Of a stretch of 64,000 bases of DNA, positions 1-10,044 are shown one piece after another. Source of the stretch: an archaeon (GTDB lineage: Archaea; Nanobdellota; Nanobdellia; Woesearchaeales; GW2011-AR15); assembly GCA_043801855.1 (NCBI GenBank), contig JAZDLQ010000017.1, forward strand, positions 15,202 through 79,201, given 5' to 3'. A model generated the notes under the pieces. The model had not been told where the DNA came from and did not search any database. It saw only the letters and a program-made list of their open reading frames with translations. The translations under genes were made by a program, and so were the position numbers. Within the stretch, counting starts at the first letter, position 1; every line of letters starts with the position of its first letter.

Positions 1-1
1 A

Positions 2-382
2 GTGTATGCATTCACTGATGGAGATATTTACGGTTGGATGAACATATACAGAACTTTGAAGGTAGGATCTGGTAATGCTGCTCACATTAACAAATATTTC
101 TGCGTACCAAATGCCAGATTTTTGGGAGTCACTGCAAGAGATATAATTGATTATAAATTGCCAACACATCCTCTTAAGGATATAGATATTAAAAGAGGCA
201 AAGATGCTATTAAGAATGACCCCTTTGTGATACAGCATAAAGAATGGCAAAAAGCAATTATTGAAATGTCATTAATGAAGAAAAGAGCAGAACAACAAGC
301 TTTGGCAAGATGGGGTCTTAATTACGTTATTAGTAATTATTTACCTGACAAACTTAAAAACCCAAAAACTTGGTTGCCTTGA
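2..382 (+). CDS. top6A: DNA topoisomerase VI subunit A (Spo11-like), C-terminal part; gene begins before the window
   Basis: TOPRIM motif FTDGDIYG, ARFLGV, and C-terminal KKRAEQQAL...YLPDKL typical of Topo VI A. Confidence 0.92.
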   Translation: MYAFTDGDIYGWMNIYRTLKVGSGNAAHINKYFCVPNARFLGVTARDIIDYKLPTHPLKDIDIKRGKDAIKNDPFVIQHKEWQKAIIEMSLMKKRAEQQALARWGLNYVISNYLPDKLKNPKTWLP

Positions 383-441
383 TCTTTTAATTTCCACAAC
401 TTTTTTATTTCCCAATTTGTTCTCCATAATACTGATTTTCA

Positions 442-1260
442 ATGAATAAATTATTAACCCTCAAAAAAGTGGATAATGAGAGATGGGCATTTGTGTGGCC
501 CTGTATAAATAATGACCTTCTTTATGACGGTTTTGAGCATATGGGTGGAGGAAGCAAAGCTAAAGCAAAAAAATGTTTTGAAAAAGTGTTATCTGTTTTT
601 CCTAACCATATTGATGCTCTCTGCGCCATGTCTTCTCTTGAAAAAGACAGATTAAAATCCCTTGCATATTTGAACAAAGCATTAAATATCGGAAAAAAAG
701 CGATTCCAGAAGGATTTGATATGAAAAAAGACAGGATTGAATGGATATTTTTGGAGAACAGGGCATTCTTAAGGGCATATCACACTTATGGCTTATTTTT
801 ATTGAATGAAAACCAAACAGAAAAAGCAGTAAAAGTTTTTGAGCAGATGCTTATCTGGAATCCAAATGACAACCAGGGTGTGCGAGATATACTGGCAGAT
901 ATTTATATACAATTGGAAGACTGGAGAAAAATGCTTTGGCTTGGAAATAAATATAAGGGAGATTCCAGCCCATCAATTTCTTATGCATGGGCGCTTATTT
1001 TATTTATGACAAAAAGAAGAGAAGAGGCAGACAAAGCTCTTTTTGAAGCAATTAAGTTTCTTCCATTGTGTGCCAAGGAATTAATAAAGAAAACGCATAA
1101 AAAACCAAAAACCGACATGCCGGGGCATATTGCTTTCGGAGGAGAAGATCAGGCTTATGAATTCTGGGAGACCCAAGGTCAGTTTAAAGCATGGCAGGAT
1201 GAAGAAGTGCAAAAATGGATTGGCAACATGGTTGAAAAAGTCCATGAGAAAAAAATATGA
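442..1260 (+). CDS. TPR-containing protein (NDNQGVR family)
   Basis: Helical repeats; motifs W-x-x-LENRAFLRAY, NPNDNQGVR, GGEDQAYEFW. Confidence 0.7.
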   Translation: MNKLLTLKKVDNERWAFVWPCINNDLLYDGFEHMGGGSKAKAKKCFEKVLSVFPNHIDALCAMSSLEKDRLKSLAYLNKALNIGKKAIPEGFDMKKDRIEWIFLENRAFLRAYHTYGLFLLNENQTEKAVKVFEQMLIWNPNDNQGVRDILADIYIQLEDWRKMLWLGNKYKGDSSPSISYAWALILFMTKRREEADKALFEAIKFLPLCAKELIKKTHKKPKTDMPGHIAFGGEDQAYEFWETQGQFKAWQDEEVQKWIGNMVEKVHEKKI

Positions 1261-1286
1261 ATTGCAAGTACAAAAGGTAGAAAAAA

Positions 1287-1679
1287 ATGGATGAAAAAAC
1301 AGTAAACGTCAATTGTGATTTCTGTGGAAAAGAAATAGAATGCCCCATAAGCATGATGGAAAAATCAAAAAAGCACATGTGCCATGAATGCTTTTTGGAA
1401 AGGCCAAAAAACGGGAGTGATGAAGAGCTTAAGGATGTGCATGTTGATTTTCCAACAGAAGATTTTATAGAAGAAGCAGCAAATATGATGGTTGGCAAAA
1501 TGGTTGATGAAACGTTTCCAAGCCTTTGGAGCGAGAGAAAAAATCAGCTTAAGGAATTGTCTAAAAAGGAGTTGGCACAGGAGATGTTTGGTGCAGGAGC
1601 ATACCTTGCACTCAGCACTTTTATGAAATTACAGCATGAAGAGGAAAAAAAAGAGGCAGATAAAAAGGAAGTGTCTTAA
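1287..1679 (+). CDS. Hypothetical protein with N-terminal zinc ribbon
   Basis: CDFC...CHEC cysteine pairs; operon spacing. Confidence 0.6.
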   Translation: MDEKTVNVNCDFCGKEIECPISMMEKSKKHMCHECFLERPKNGSDEELKDVHVDFPTEDFIEEAANMMVGKMVDETFPSLWSERKNQLKELSKKELAQEMFGAGAYLALSTFMKLQHEEEKKEADKKEVS

Positions 1680-1680
1680 A

Positions 1681-2406
1681 ATGGAACAACTCAAAAAACT
1701 TATTGAAAAAGGAAAAGATGCATTTGAAGCAAATGATTATGAAAAGGCAATTAATTATTTTGAAAAAGCACTTAAAATTGATAGAAATAATATTGATGCG
1801 TTGCAATATCTTGGTGTTTGCCTGACCATGGCTGGAAATCCTGGAACAGGGCTCCTTTTATTGAATCGTGCGCTTGAGCAGAATCCTGATAAAGATAAAA
1901 AGATTGAAATTTATGCTGCTCTTGCCAATGCATTCAGCTTCAAGGGGCAGGAAAAAGGAGACACAAGATTCTATGATAAATCAATAGAGATCAACACAAT
2001 TGTATTAAAAGAACTTAAGGATGAAGGAACCTATCTAAATTTAGGCAATGTTTACAAATATAAGCAGGATTACAAAAATTCAATTAAGATATTTAATGAA
2101 GGGTTAACCAAGTATCCTAAAAGCGCAAGGCTTATGGTTCATCTTGGAAACACATTTTCTGCACAAAGTGATGACAATGGAAATTTCCCAACTGAAGCAG
2201 TTGAAATGTATAATCAGGCAAAAAAAATTGATCCAAATTATATTGGCTCTTATCTTAACCTTGGGATAGCATATATGAATGTTGGAGAGGATAAGCTTGC
2301 AGAAAAAGAATTTCGACAAGTGTTAAAGCTGGATCCTTATAATGAGCAGGCGATTTTTTTTCTTGAAGATATTAAAAAACAAAACAGAATAATGAAGCTA
2401 GCCTGA
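1681..2406 (+). CDS. Tetratricopeptide repeat protein
   Basis: Several TPR consensus units (YEKAINYFEKALKID, YLNLGNVY, YLNLGIAY); likely start is the ATG at 1681 directly after the previous stop. Confidence 0.85.
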   Translation: MEQLKKLIEKGKDAFEANDYEKAINYFEKALKIDRNNIDALQYLGVCLTMAGNPGTGLLLLNRALEQNPDKDKKIEIYAALANAFSFKGQEKGDTRFYDKSIEINTIVLKELKDEGTYLNLGNVYKYKQDYKNSIKIFNEGLTKYPKSARLMVHLGNTFSAQSDDNGNFPTEAVEMYNQAKKIDPNYIGSYLNLGIAYMNVGEDKLAEKEFRQVLKLDPYNEQAIFFLEDIKKQNRIMKLA

Positions 2407-2423
2407 GCAATTGAAAGATAAAA

Positions 2424-5291
2424 ATGGACGAGCTTCAAGCAACAATTGTTTCGGATGAGCTTTTCGTATGGGGCTTTTCTTCGCATACAGATGAGGTTTT
2501 CACTCCTTATTTGCGGCTCGAAAAAATATATGATGAACTTGGAATGTCCGGAAAGGAATGCAGCGCAGAAATAATGCTTCCATATTCTGAAGAAAAACTA
2601 GTAGTTTCGCAAGGCATGCAGATTTTTTACAGCCAATACGATGTTGGAGAAATAACGCAAAAAAAAATCATTGTTAAGGGAATTGAGCTGGACAAAAAAT
2701 TAATATTTAATATTTTCCTTAACAATGAAAAGCAGCACGGGATTTCTTTTGGCGATTCTTATGATTTTTTAAGGTTGTGCGCCAAATTTGCACTAAGCCT
2801 GGTTTCCAGGGAAAGGTTTGTTCCTTTCCATAATGAAAACAGAAGCGCTTTTAGCGCAAATTTTGACAACACTAAAGATTATGAAATATTTCTTGCGCTG
2901 GCTCACCAAGCTCCGCTTTCTATTGGAATAGATGTTAGTAAGAATAACAGCGAAGAAATAGTAAAGGCAGCAATTAATTTTTTTGTGGAGCTAATTGTTC
3001 AAAGTGCGCTTGAAAAAATATCCATACGGCATAATAATACTGATACAGACAAATGGCTTATTGGGCTATGTGGAAAATATGCAGCTCTCTCAAAAGAAAT
3101 AGCAAATGGATTAGATGAGTGGCTTGCCATAAGAAAAGTTAACAAAAGCCAGGAATTTAGCCTGATGTTTAGGCTTATCGAGCCAGAGGAAGGGAAATGG
3201 GCACTATCTTTTAATATCCAGTCAAGAAAAGATCCCAGCTTAATTTATAATCTTTCAGACATATGGAAAAGCAAGAGCGCTCCTGTGACAAAAGTATTTT
3301 TATTATCTGAACTTGGAGCAGCCTCAAAATATTCAAAAGTTATTGAAAGAGCGCTATATAAGCCAAGTCCCGCAGAATCAATTCTATCTGATGATGAAGC
3401 ACATTTCTTTATGATAAATGACAGCTTTTTTCTAAATGATGCCGGGTTTAACATACAGATTCCTAAGATAAATTATGCGCATCTAAAAGAATTTAGAATT
3501 AAGGTTAGGCTAAAAAATAACGGCAAGATTGCAGGCACAGGAATGCTTGGCAGCTCTTTATTTGATTTTGATTATACTGTTGCAATCGGCGACCTTGTGC
3601 TGTCAAAAGAGGAATTCAATAATCTTTCAATGGCAAAGCAAAAGCTTGTGAATGTTAATGGCAAATGGGTTGAAATTAATCAGAGTGACATAAATAAAGT
3701 CATTCAATTCTTTGAGAAAAAAAAGCTTCTGTCACTGCAGGACACATTTGCTGCAGGCCTTAATGGGATAATAATTGATGAAATTTCTTTTCCTAATGAA
3801 ATTGAAAAGAAAGTAAATGGCCTGTTCAATTTCAGCGGTTTGCCGATGCTTGAATGCCCTGATAAAATTAAAGGAAGCCTAAGGCCTTATCAATTGCAGG
3901 GATACTCATGGATGGTATTTTTAAATAACCTTGGGTTTGGCGGAATTCTTGCCGATGATATGGGTCTTGGAAAAACAATTCAGGCAATAGCATACCTAAT
4001 GCATTTAGGCAAACAATCACTTGTTATATGCCCCACTTCAGTTATTGGAAATTGGCAGCGGGAATTAAAAACATTTGCGCCATCACTAAATGTTTTAGTG
4101 CATCATGGCTCAAAAAGGCTGACAAAAGCTGCATTTGAAAATGAAATAAAAAACAAAGATGTTATTATAACAAGCTATTCTACTCTGCGAATAGATGAAG
4201 AATTGTTTAAGAAAACACAATGGGAAGCGCTAATTCTTGATGAAGCGCAAAATATTAAAAACTGCTATACTAAGCAGGCTTTGGCAATAACTAAACTAAA
4301 TGCAAATGGAAAGTTTTGCCTTTCAGGAACTCCAATTGAAAACAGGCTGTCAGAATTATGGTCACTATTTAATTTTGTAAATCCAGGGCTTCTTGGCGGG
4401 TGGAATTCGTTTAGGGATAATATTGCCGCACCTATTGAGGTTAATGGAGATGCAGTGAAAACTGAAATATTAAAGCGAATAACATCTCCATTTATATTAA
4501 GAAGACTAAAAACTGATAAAAAAATAATAAAAGACCTTCCTGAAAAAACAGAGATAAAAGAATATTGTACATTAACAAAAGAGCAAGCAACACTATACCA
4601 GGCAATTGTTGACGATACTCTTATTAAAGCAAAGGAAGATGCAAATGGCAGAAGAGCAGTTATTATGGCTGCCCTTATTAAGCTTAAGCAGGTGTGCAAT
4701 CATCCATCAAATTACCTTAAAGACACAAAAAAGCTGGGAGAGAGAAGCGGAAAAGTTGCGAGGCTTCGGGAGCTTGTTAAAGATATACTTGAGAACAATG
4801 AAAAATGCCTTATATTTACCCAATACACTGAAATGGGAGAAATGCTAAAGCTTGATCTTGAAGAAATTTTTGATGAGCCAGTATTATTTTTACATGGAAG
4901 CCTAGACAGGACAAAAAGAGAAAAAATGATTGATATTTTTCAGTCTATTGATAATGCCTCTCCAAGAATATTTATCCTTTCTCTTAAAGCAGGAGGGCTA
5001 GGGATAAACTTAACAAAAGCAAACCATGTAATTCATTTTGACAGGTGGTGGAATCCTGCTGTTGAGAACCAGGCTACTGACAGGGCATACAGGATAGGCC
5101 AGGAAAAGAATGTTTTTGCATACAAATTTATTGCTGAAGGAACAATTGAGGAAAAAATAGATGACATGATTATTAGAAAACTTTATTTATCAGATTCAGT
5201 TCTTACAAAAGGGGATACTGCGATTACTGAGCTTGATAATGAGTCGCTAAAAGAGATATTAAGCTTAAGAAAAAATTATCTTGAGGAATAA
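2424..5291 (+). CDS. SNF2/SWI2-family helicase-like ATPase (SSO1653/YwqA type)
   Basis: LRPYQ, LADDMGLGKT, LILDEAQNIKN, SGTPIENRL, SLKAGGLGINLT, WWNPAVENQATDRAYRIGQ. Confidence 0.95.
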   Translation: MDELQATIVSDELFVWGFSSHTDEVFTPYLRLEKIYDELGMSGKECSAEIMLPYSEEKLVVSQGMQIFYSQYDVGEITQKKIIVKGIELDKKLIFNIFLNNEKQHGISFGDSYDFLRLCAKFALSLVSRERFVPFHNENRSAFSANFDNTKDYEIFLALAHQAPLSIGIDVSKNNSEEIVKAAINFFVELIVQSALEKISIRHNNTDTDKWLIGLCGKYAALSKEIANGLDEWLAIRKVNKSQEFSLMFRLIEPEEGKWALSFNIQSRKDPSLIYNLSDIWKSKSAPVTKVFLLSELGAASKYSKVIERALYKPSPAESILSDDEAHFFMINDSFFLNDAGFNIQIPKINYAHLKEFRIKVRLKNNGKIAGTGMLGSSLFDFDYTVAIGDLVLSKEEFNNLSMAKQKLVNVNGKWVEINQSDINKVIQFFEKKKLLSLQDTFAAGLNGIIIDEISFPNEIEKKVNGLFNFSGLPMLECPDKIKGSLRPYQLQGYSWMVFLNNLGFGGILADDMGLGKTIQAIAYLMHLGKQSLVICPTSVIGNWQRELKTFAPSLNVLVHHGSKRLTKAAFENEIKNKDVIITSYSTLRIDEELFKKTQWEALILDEAQNIKNCYTKQALAITKLNANGKFCLSGTPIENRLSELWSLFNFVNPGLLGGWNSFRDNIAAPIEVNGDAVKTEILKRITSPFILRRLKTDKKIIKDLPEKTEIKEYCTLTKEQATLYQAIVDDTLIKAKEDANGRRAVIMAALIKLKQVCNHPSNYLKDTKKLGERSGKVARLRELVKDILENNEKCLIFTQYTEMGEMLKLDLEEIFDEPVLFLHGSLDRTKREKMIDIFQSIDNASPRIFILSLKAGGLGINLTKANHVIHFDRWWNPAVENQATDRAYRIGQEKNVFAYKFIAEGTIEEKIDDMIIRKLYLSDSVLTKGDTAITELDNESLKEILSLRKNYLEE

Positions 5292-5293
5292 AA

Positions 5294-5971
5294 ATGGGAT
5301 ACTATGAATATTATCATTTTCCAAAAGCAAGCCCAAGGCCAAAAGCAGCGCCTGGCAAGGAAAGAAAAAAATTCGGGGCAACATGGTGGGGAAAAAGATG
5401 GGTCGACTTGCTTTCGAAGTTTGAATATGACCAAAGAATGTCAAGGGGAAGAGCGTATGCCAGAGCAAATCATGTAAAAAATTTTAAGATTAGCGAAGGA
5501 AAAATTTCTGCAACTGTTCAAGGCTCAAGCGGAAATTACAGAGTAAGCATTTCTTTTGATAAATTTAAAGAAAAAGAATGGGATGAGATAACTGCTAAGC
5601 TTTCAGAAGTGCCAATATTGTTTGGAAAGCTTCTTAATAATGAAATGCCAGAAAATATGAAGGAGATAACCGGGTTTGAGTTTATTCCGGATAAATTTAA
5701 ATCTGAATGCAGCTGCCCGGACTATGCAAACCCATGCAAGCATATTGCAGCGGTCTTCTACACTCTTGCAGATGAAATTGACTATAGCCCAATGATTCTG
5801 TTTGCCTTAAGAGGAAAAAGCAAGGAATCACTTTTTGAAAAAACTGGCTTAGAAGAAAAGCAACAGCAACCTGTAAAATCAAGCATTGAATTAGCAAAAA
5901 CAAAGAAAATAAAAACTGTAAAAAAGGCAGTAAAAAGCAATACAAAAAAGAAAGCAAATAAAAAGGAATAA
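5294..5971 (+). CDS. SWIM zinc-finger protein, partner of the SNF2 ATPase
   Basis: FGATWWGKRW, RMSRGRAYAR, CSCPD-x4-CKH; directly after the SNF2 gene. Confidence 0.92.
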   Translation: MGYYEYYHFPKASPRPKAAPGKERKKFGATWWGKRWVDLLSKFEYDQRMSRGRAYARANHVKNFKISEGKISATVQGSSGNYRVSISFDKFKEKEWDEITAKLSEVPILFGKLLNNEMPENMKEITGFEFIPDKFKSECSCPDYANPCKHIAAVFYTLADEIDYSPMILFALRGKSKESLFEKTGLEEKQQQPVKSSIELAKTKKIKTVKKAVKSNTKKKANKKE

Positions 5972-5973
5972 CA

Positions 5974-6198
5974 ATGAAAAATTTTTACTCATTTAGAACT
6001 AAGGCTAATATACATATAGCTATACAGCAGCCTGAAGTTGAAATGAGCGTAATTAAGAGATTAGGAAAGCCAAAGTTCTATGTTTCAAATAATGATTTTG
6101 ATGAAATCATGGGAAAAATGTACAAAACTGCCTCAAAAAAAGCATTGGATATTGCGCTAAATTCAGGTAAGAACACAAATGCATACAGAAACCCTTGA
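5974..6198 (+). CDS. Small hypothetical protein
   Basis: 74-aa ORF tightly packed between SWIM and M48 genes. Confidence 0.45.
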   Translation: MKNFYSFRTKANIHIAIQQPEVEMSVIKRLGKPKFYVSNNDFDEIMGKMYKTASKKALDIALNSGKNTNAYRNP

Positions 6199-6907
6199 CA
6201 TTGACGGAAAAAATATTATTTTTAATATTTATCATGAAAACAGGAATAGTGCGCGCTGCTCTATTGGAAAAAACGCTGTAATTATAAGGCTTCCTTCTGC
6301 TCTAAGTGAGCGTGAAAAATACAAATGGGTATTAAAATATAAAATCTGGGCAATAAAAAAAATAAAAGAAATGCCGCAGAATACTATACTGAATAGATGC
6401 AAAATTTACAAAGATGCGGATGTGCTTGAAATTGGCGATGAAAAATTTTATCTTAGCATTTCATCTGCAGAAAAAGTATCCAGCAGCGCAAGGCTAATTG
6501 AGGATAAAATTATTATTATTCTTTCTTCAAATTTGTCGGATAATTGGAAAAATAAAGTAACATCAACTCTTCTAAGCAGAGTCATTGCAAAAAAAAGGAT
6601 GCCTAAATTAGTCCAAAGAATTAACGAGCTAAATAAAACGCATTTCAATAAGCCGATAAACAAGATTTTTTTCAAAAACACCAGTTCAAGGTGGGGAAGC
6701 TGCTCAAAAGCTGGAAACATAAATATTTCAACTCGGCTTTTATTTGCGCCTGATGATGTGCTGACATATGTGTGCCTCCATGAGCTTGCGCATTTAATTG
6801 AGCCAAACCATAGCAAAAACTACTGGGAGCTTGTTGAAAATGCAATGCCTGATTATAAAAAGCACATTAACTGGCTGAAGGAGAATGGGCATAAGTGCAT
6901 GTTTTAG
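6179..6907 (+). CDS. M48/YgjP-like (DUF45) zinc metalloprotease-domain protein
   Basis: RWGSCS, YVCLHELAHL (HExxH), NHSKNYW...MPDY. Confidence 0.9.
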   Translation: MHTETLDIDGKNIIFNIYHENRNSARCSIGKNAVIIRLPSALSEREKYKWVLKYKIWAIKKIKEMPQNTILNRCKIYKDADVLEIGDEKFYLSISSAEKVSSSARLIEDKIIIILSSNLSDNWKNKVTSTLLSRVIAKKRMPKLVQRINELNKTHFNKPINKIFFKNTSSRWGSCSKAGNINISTRLLFAPDDVLTYVCLHELAHLIEPNHSKNYWELVENAMPDYKKHINWLKENGHKCMF

Positions 6908-6948
6908 CCTATACAGCATGAACAGGAAAAAAACCAAAGGTAGATAAC

Positions 6949-8031
6949 ATGACACAAAAAAACGCTGAAGCAGATAAATGGTATAACAAGTATGAGAAAA
7001 TTAAAGGCCATGAAGAAAAAATCAAGACAGTTCTTGATATATGCAGTTCCAATAAGCCAATAGAATTTTACAAGTATGTTGATATATTTGAAATAATTGA
7101 CAGTGACATCCAAAAGGGATTTATGGAAAACGAAAATTTATCTTTGTATTTTGAGTTTCTTGATAAATTCATGGAACAGTGCCCAGTTGCTTTTTCAGTC
7201 GATTTCATGTGGTACATAAGAGAAATGATTAAATGGCATGTATATAAAGAAAATTACGATAAAGTGCACAGGTTAGCTAATTATCTTATTGAGAACCCAA
7301 AGGAAGAGCCAGACATAATTTTTGACATAATAGACCACCTTATACTTAACAATTGCATTGATGACGCTTCGAGTTTATCTGAAAAATATTATCGTGTATT
7401 AAGTGATGGCAAAGAAACATTGGGTGGCGGTATTTTTGAAATGGCGATAATTGGAAGCATGCTTGCTATTAGTAAATGCCTTCAAGAAAATAGTTGTAAT
7501 TATGATGCGCTAATAAAAATACTGGATAAATATGGTCTTGGGCAAGAGGAAAAAATTATTAAAAAAAGAGTGGATATTCTTAACAAAAAAATAGGATATG
7601 CAGAATGGCAAGATGATAATCTCACTAAAAAAGAATATATTTATTTGCTTACGCTTGAATTTGCAATGTATTTAAATGAGAATTATAAATTAGATTATGC
7701 TGTCTCGCTTTATCTACATATTCTTATCCTTAATTATTTGCTTGAGACTAAACAAAAAATTGATGTGAAATTAAACCACAAAATAACAGACGAATATATT
7801 GCATCATATGCAGGCGGTATGTGCTCACTTTCGCAGTCGCGCGCATTTGGAATACTTGTTGCGCTGAACTTTTTTTATGATTTTTTAAAGTCTAAGTGTA
7901 TTATCGACAATGATACATATTCAACCTCACAGAAAACACTCACCAAGTTAAATTTGGATTTGCTGCATGCATTTGAAAACAGCATTTGGAGATATAATTT
8001 TGCATTGAAATATCTATACTCAAAGAAATAA
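6949..8031 (+). CDS. Hypothetical all-helical protein
   Basis: 360-aa ORF with no recognised motif. Confidence 0.6.
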   Translation: MTQKNAEADKWYNKYEKIKGHEEKIKTVLDICSSNKPIEFYKYVDIFEIIDSDIQKGFMENENLSLYFEFLDKFMEQCPVAFSVDFMWYIREMIKWHVYKENYDKVHRLANYLIENPKEEPDIIFDIIDHLILNNCIDDASSLSEKYYRVLSDGKETLGGGIFEMAIIGSMLAISKCLQENSCNYDALIKILDKYGLGQEEKIIKKRVDILNKKIGYAEWQDDNLTKKEYIYLLTLEFAMYLNENYKLDYAVSLYLHILILNYLLETKQKIDVKLNHKITDEYIASYAGGMCSLSQSRAFGILVALNFFYDFLKSKCIIDNDTYSTSQKTLTKLNLDLLHAFENSIWRYNFALKYLYSKK

Positions 8032-8089
8032 ATTTTCAGACAAAATTTAGTCTTTTCATAATAAGCAACCGGCATATAAGATTGTATAA

Positions 8090-8905
8090 TTAATTATGCC
8101 TGTTGTTATAAGTAAAATCAAGTTTCATTTGTGAATCTTTTTTCATTTCTTTATCGCCTTTTGACATATCCTGCAAAGCATGCCATCCGTTTTTCAAAAG
8201 GTGCTCTAATTTATTCTGTTCTGCAAATTTCACTGCTCTTTGGTAAAATTGCGCTGCATTACTTTTTTCTGTTTCCTTTGGGTCAAAATAAATATCTCTG
8301 CCAACAAGCCTTATGATATATTTTTTGTGCTCCATTTCAAGCCACGATTGAAGCGGTTCACCAATCTTGTCAATTATGACCTGAAATCCTGCTTCTCTTA
8401 AATCATCCTTAGCTTTGATATTAATATACCCTGTACATATTCTAATGATAGTTGATTCCTGCAAGGGATGTATTGAGTGAATTATTTCAAATGCCTTTTT
8501 AGCATATTCGTCAAGGTATGCTTTTTCTGCAAATAAATTACCTTGAAAAAAAGATACATTTATTTCTTTAGTATGGAACATTTCTGTTTCTGAATCATAT
8601 GCTCCGCACAGAACGCCTCCAAGAGGAAAGCCCCAGCCACTGTCGTCAATCATGATAATACGCTTTCTGCTTAGGTCTTCACGCTCTTTTCCTGATATGA
8701 GCTCATCAAGAAGCAATTTATCCGTTGTTACAAGAGTCAGCCTGCCTTTTTTGTTATGATATACTTTTATATTGAAAGAGGAAGGTGATTTTACACCGTT
8801 TCCTTTTTTATGAACAAGAAGGCTTGTATTGTTTTCTATAACATCAGGCAGGCTAATTTTTTTGATTTTTTCAAGATATGAGTGGTCAATTATTTCAGTG
8901 AACAT
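8090..8905 (-). CDS. RNase H-like fold protein (divergent RNase HII/HIII-like)
   Basis: IIMIDDSGWGFPLGGVLCG resembles the RNase HII/HIII motif IDE(A/S)GxG. Confidence 0.5.
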   Translation of the reverse strand: MFTEIIDHSYLEKIKKISLPDVIENNTSLLVHKKGNGVKSPSSFNIKVYHNKKGRLTLVTTDKLLLDELISGKEREDLSRKRIIMIDDSGWGFPLGGVLCGAYDSETEMFHTKEINVSFFQGNLFAEKAYLDEYAKKAFEIIHSIHPLQESTIIRICTGYINIKAKDDLREAGFQVIIDKIGEPLQSWLEMEHKKYIIRLVGRDIYFDPKETEKSNAAQFYQRAVKFAEQNKLEHLLKNGWHALQDMSKGDKEMKKDSQMKLDFTYNNRHN

Positions 8906-8934
8906 TTTAGTTTACCTTATTGTTATATTTTGAC

Positions 8935-10035
8935 TCATATATTCTTCACAATCGCCATCAGCGAGTATTTTTTGCCGTATTTTGCAATTATCTCATTTTT
9001 TGTCTTGATAAAAAACCTTCCACTTTTATCAAGCTTTTTAATGTCTTTAAGCAATTCTCCTGCTTTTTTATAATGAAAACCTGTTCCTGAATCAATCCAG
9101 CCTATGCACATCTTCTTTTTTAACTCACAAGATAGCATTGGATAATTTTTTGCAAGTTTTTCAGACAGCATTTCAGTAAATCCATGCTCATTAAAGCCTT
9201 TATAGTAGTCATAAGCCTTCTTGTAATCCTTTTCTTCATAATAAAGCCTGGATAAAAATATTTTTTTGCCTTTTTTTTCAGCTGTGTCAACAATCTTTTT
9301 TAGATAATTCTGCCATTCATTTTTTGAGGCAATGCTTTTTAGGAGAAGATAATACTTAATATCAAAGGCATAAATCAAAGCATCAAGAATTGTTTTTGTT
9401 AGTTCAGCGTTTTTTCCAATTTTTTTATAGATTTCAATTTTTTTGTCAAAAGCAAACATCTTAACATAGGATTCGCCAGGCATATTATCACTTGCATCAA
9501 GAGCTTCATCTAACCTATTTAGTGAAATTAATTTTGTGATAAGTGCAGGATAATTTTTATGGCTTTTTTCATAATCAAGATACTCTTCATTTAGATTTAA
9601 CTTTTCGCATATTTCAGGATATATTGAATTGAATAATGAATCTGTTTCATCACCTTCCAATTCTTCTATGTCTTCGCTGTATGTGCCTATATCACTTTTA
9701 TGTTTTATTTTCTCTTTTTGCTCAAATTCATGCAGTTTTTTTCTTATTAATTCTATATCCTCTTTTTTTGTGCATAAACCAACAAGCGCTTTTGCATAGC
9801 TGTTCTCATTGCCATAATCCTCTTTTTCAATTATTGATATTATTTTATCTGCAAATATTTCCTTATACTTCTTATCATCAAATAGCGTAGCAAACATCTC
9901 CCCGTACATCAAAAACCAATCCTCAAGAAAGATTCCCAAATCGCCCTCATCAAAATATTCTTCACCCCTATAATAAATTGTGCTGCCAAATAGGTCCCTA
10001 ATGTCTTTTTTTTCAATATCAAAAAGCGATTTCAT
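8935..10035 (-). CDS. Helical protein related to SWIM-domain proteins but lacking the SWIM finger
   Basis: N-terminus IRDLFGSTIYYRGEEYFDEG and C-terminus YKKAGELLKDIK resemble archaeal SWIM proteins; no CxC...CxH. Confidence 0.5.
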   Translation of the reverse strand: MKSLFDIEKKDIRDLFGSTIYYRGEEYFDEGDLGIFLEDWFLMYGEMFATLFDDKKYKEIFADKIISIIEKEDYGNENSYAKALVGLCTKKEDIELIRKKLHEFEQKEKIKHKSDIGTYSEDIEELEGDETDSLFNSIYPEICEKLNLNEEYLDYEKSHKNYPALITKLISLNRLDEALDASDNMPGESYVKMFAFDKKIEIYKKIGKNAELTKTILDALIYAFDIKYYLLLKSIASKNEWQNYLKKIVDTAEKKGKKIFLSRLYYEEKDYKKAYDYYKGFNEHGFTEMLSEKLAKNYPMLSCELKKKMCIGWIDSGTGFHYKKAGELLKDIKKLDKSGRFFIKTKNEIIAKYGKKYSLMAIVKNI

Positions 10036-10044
10036 TCTATTTCC

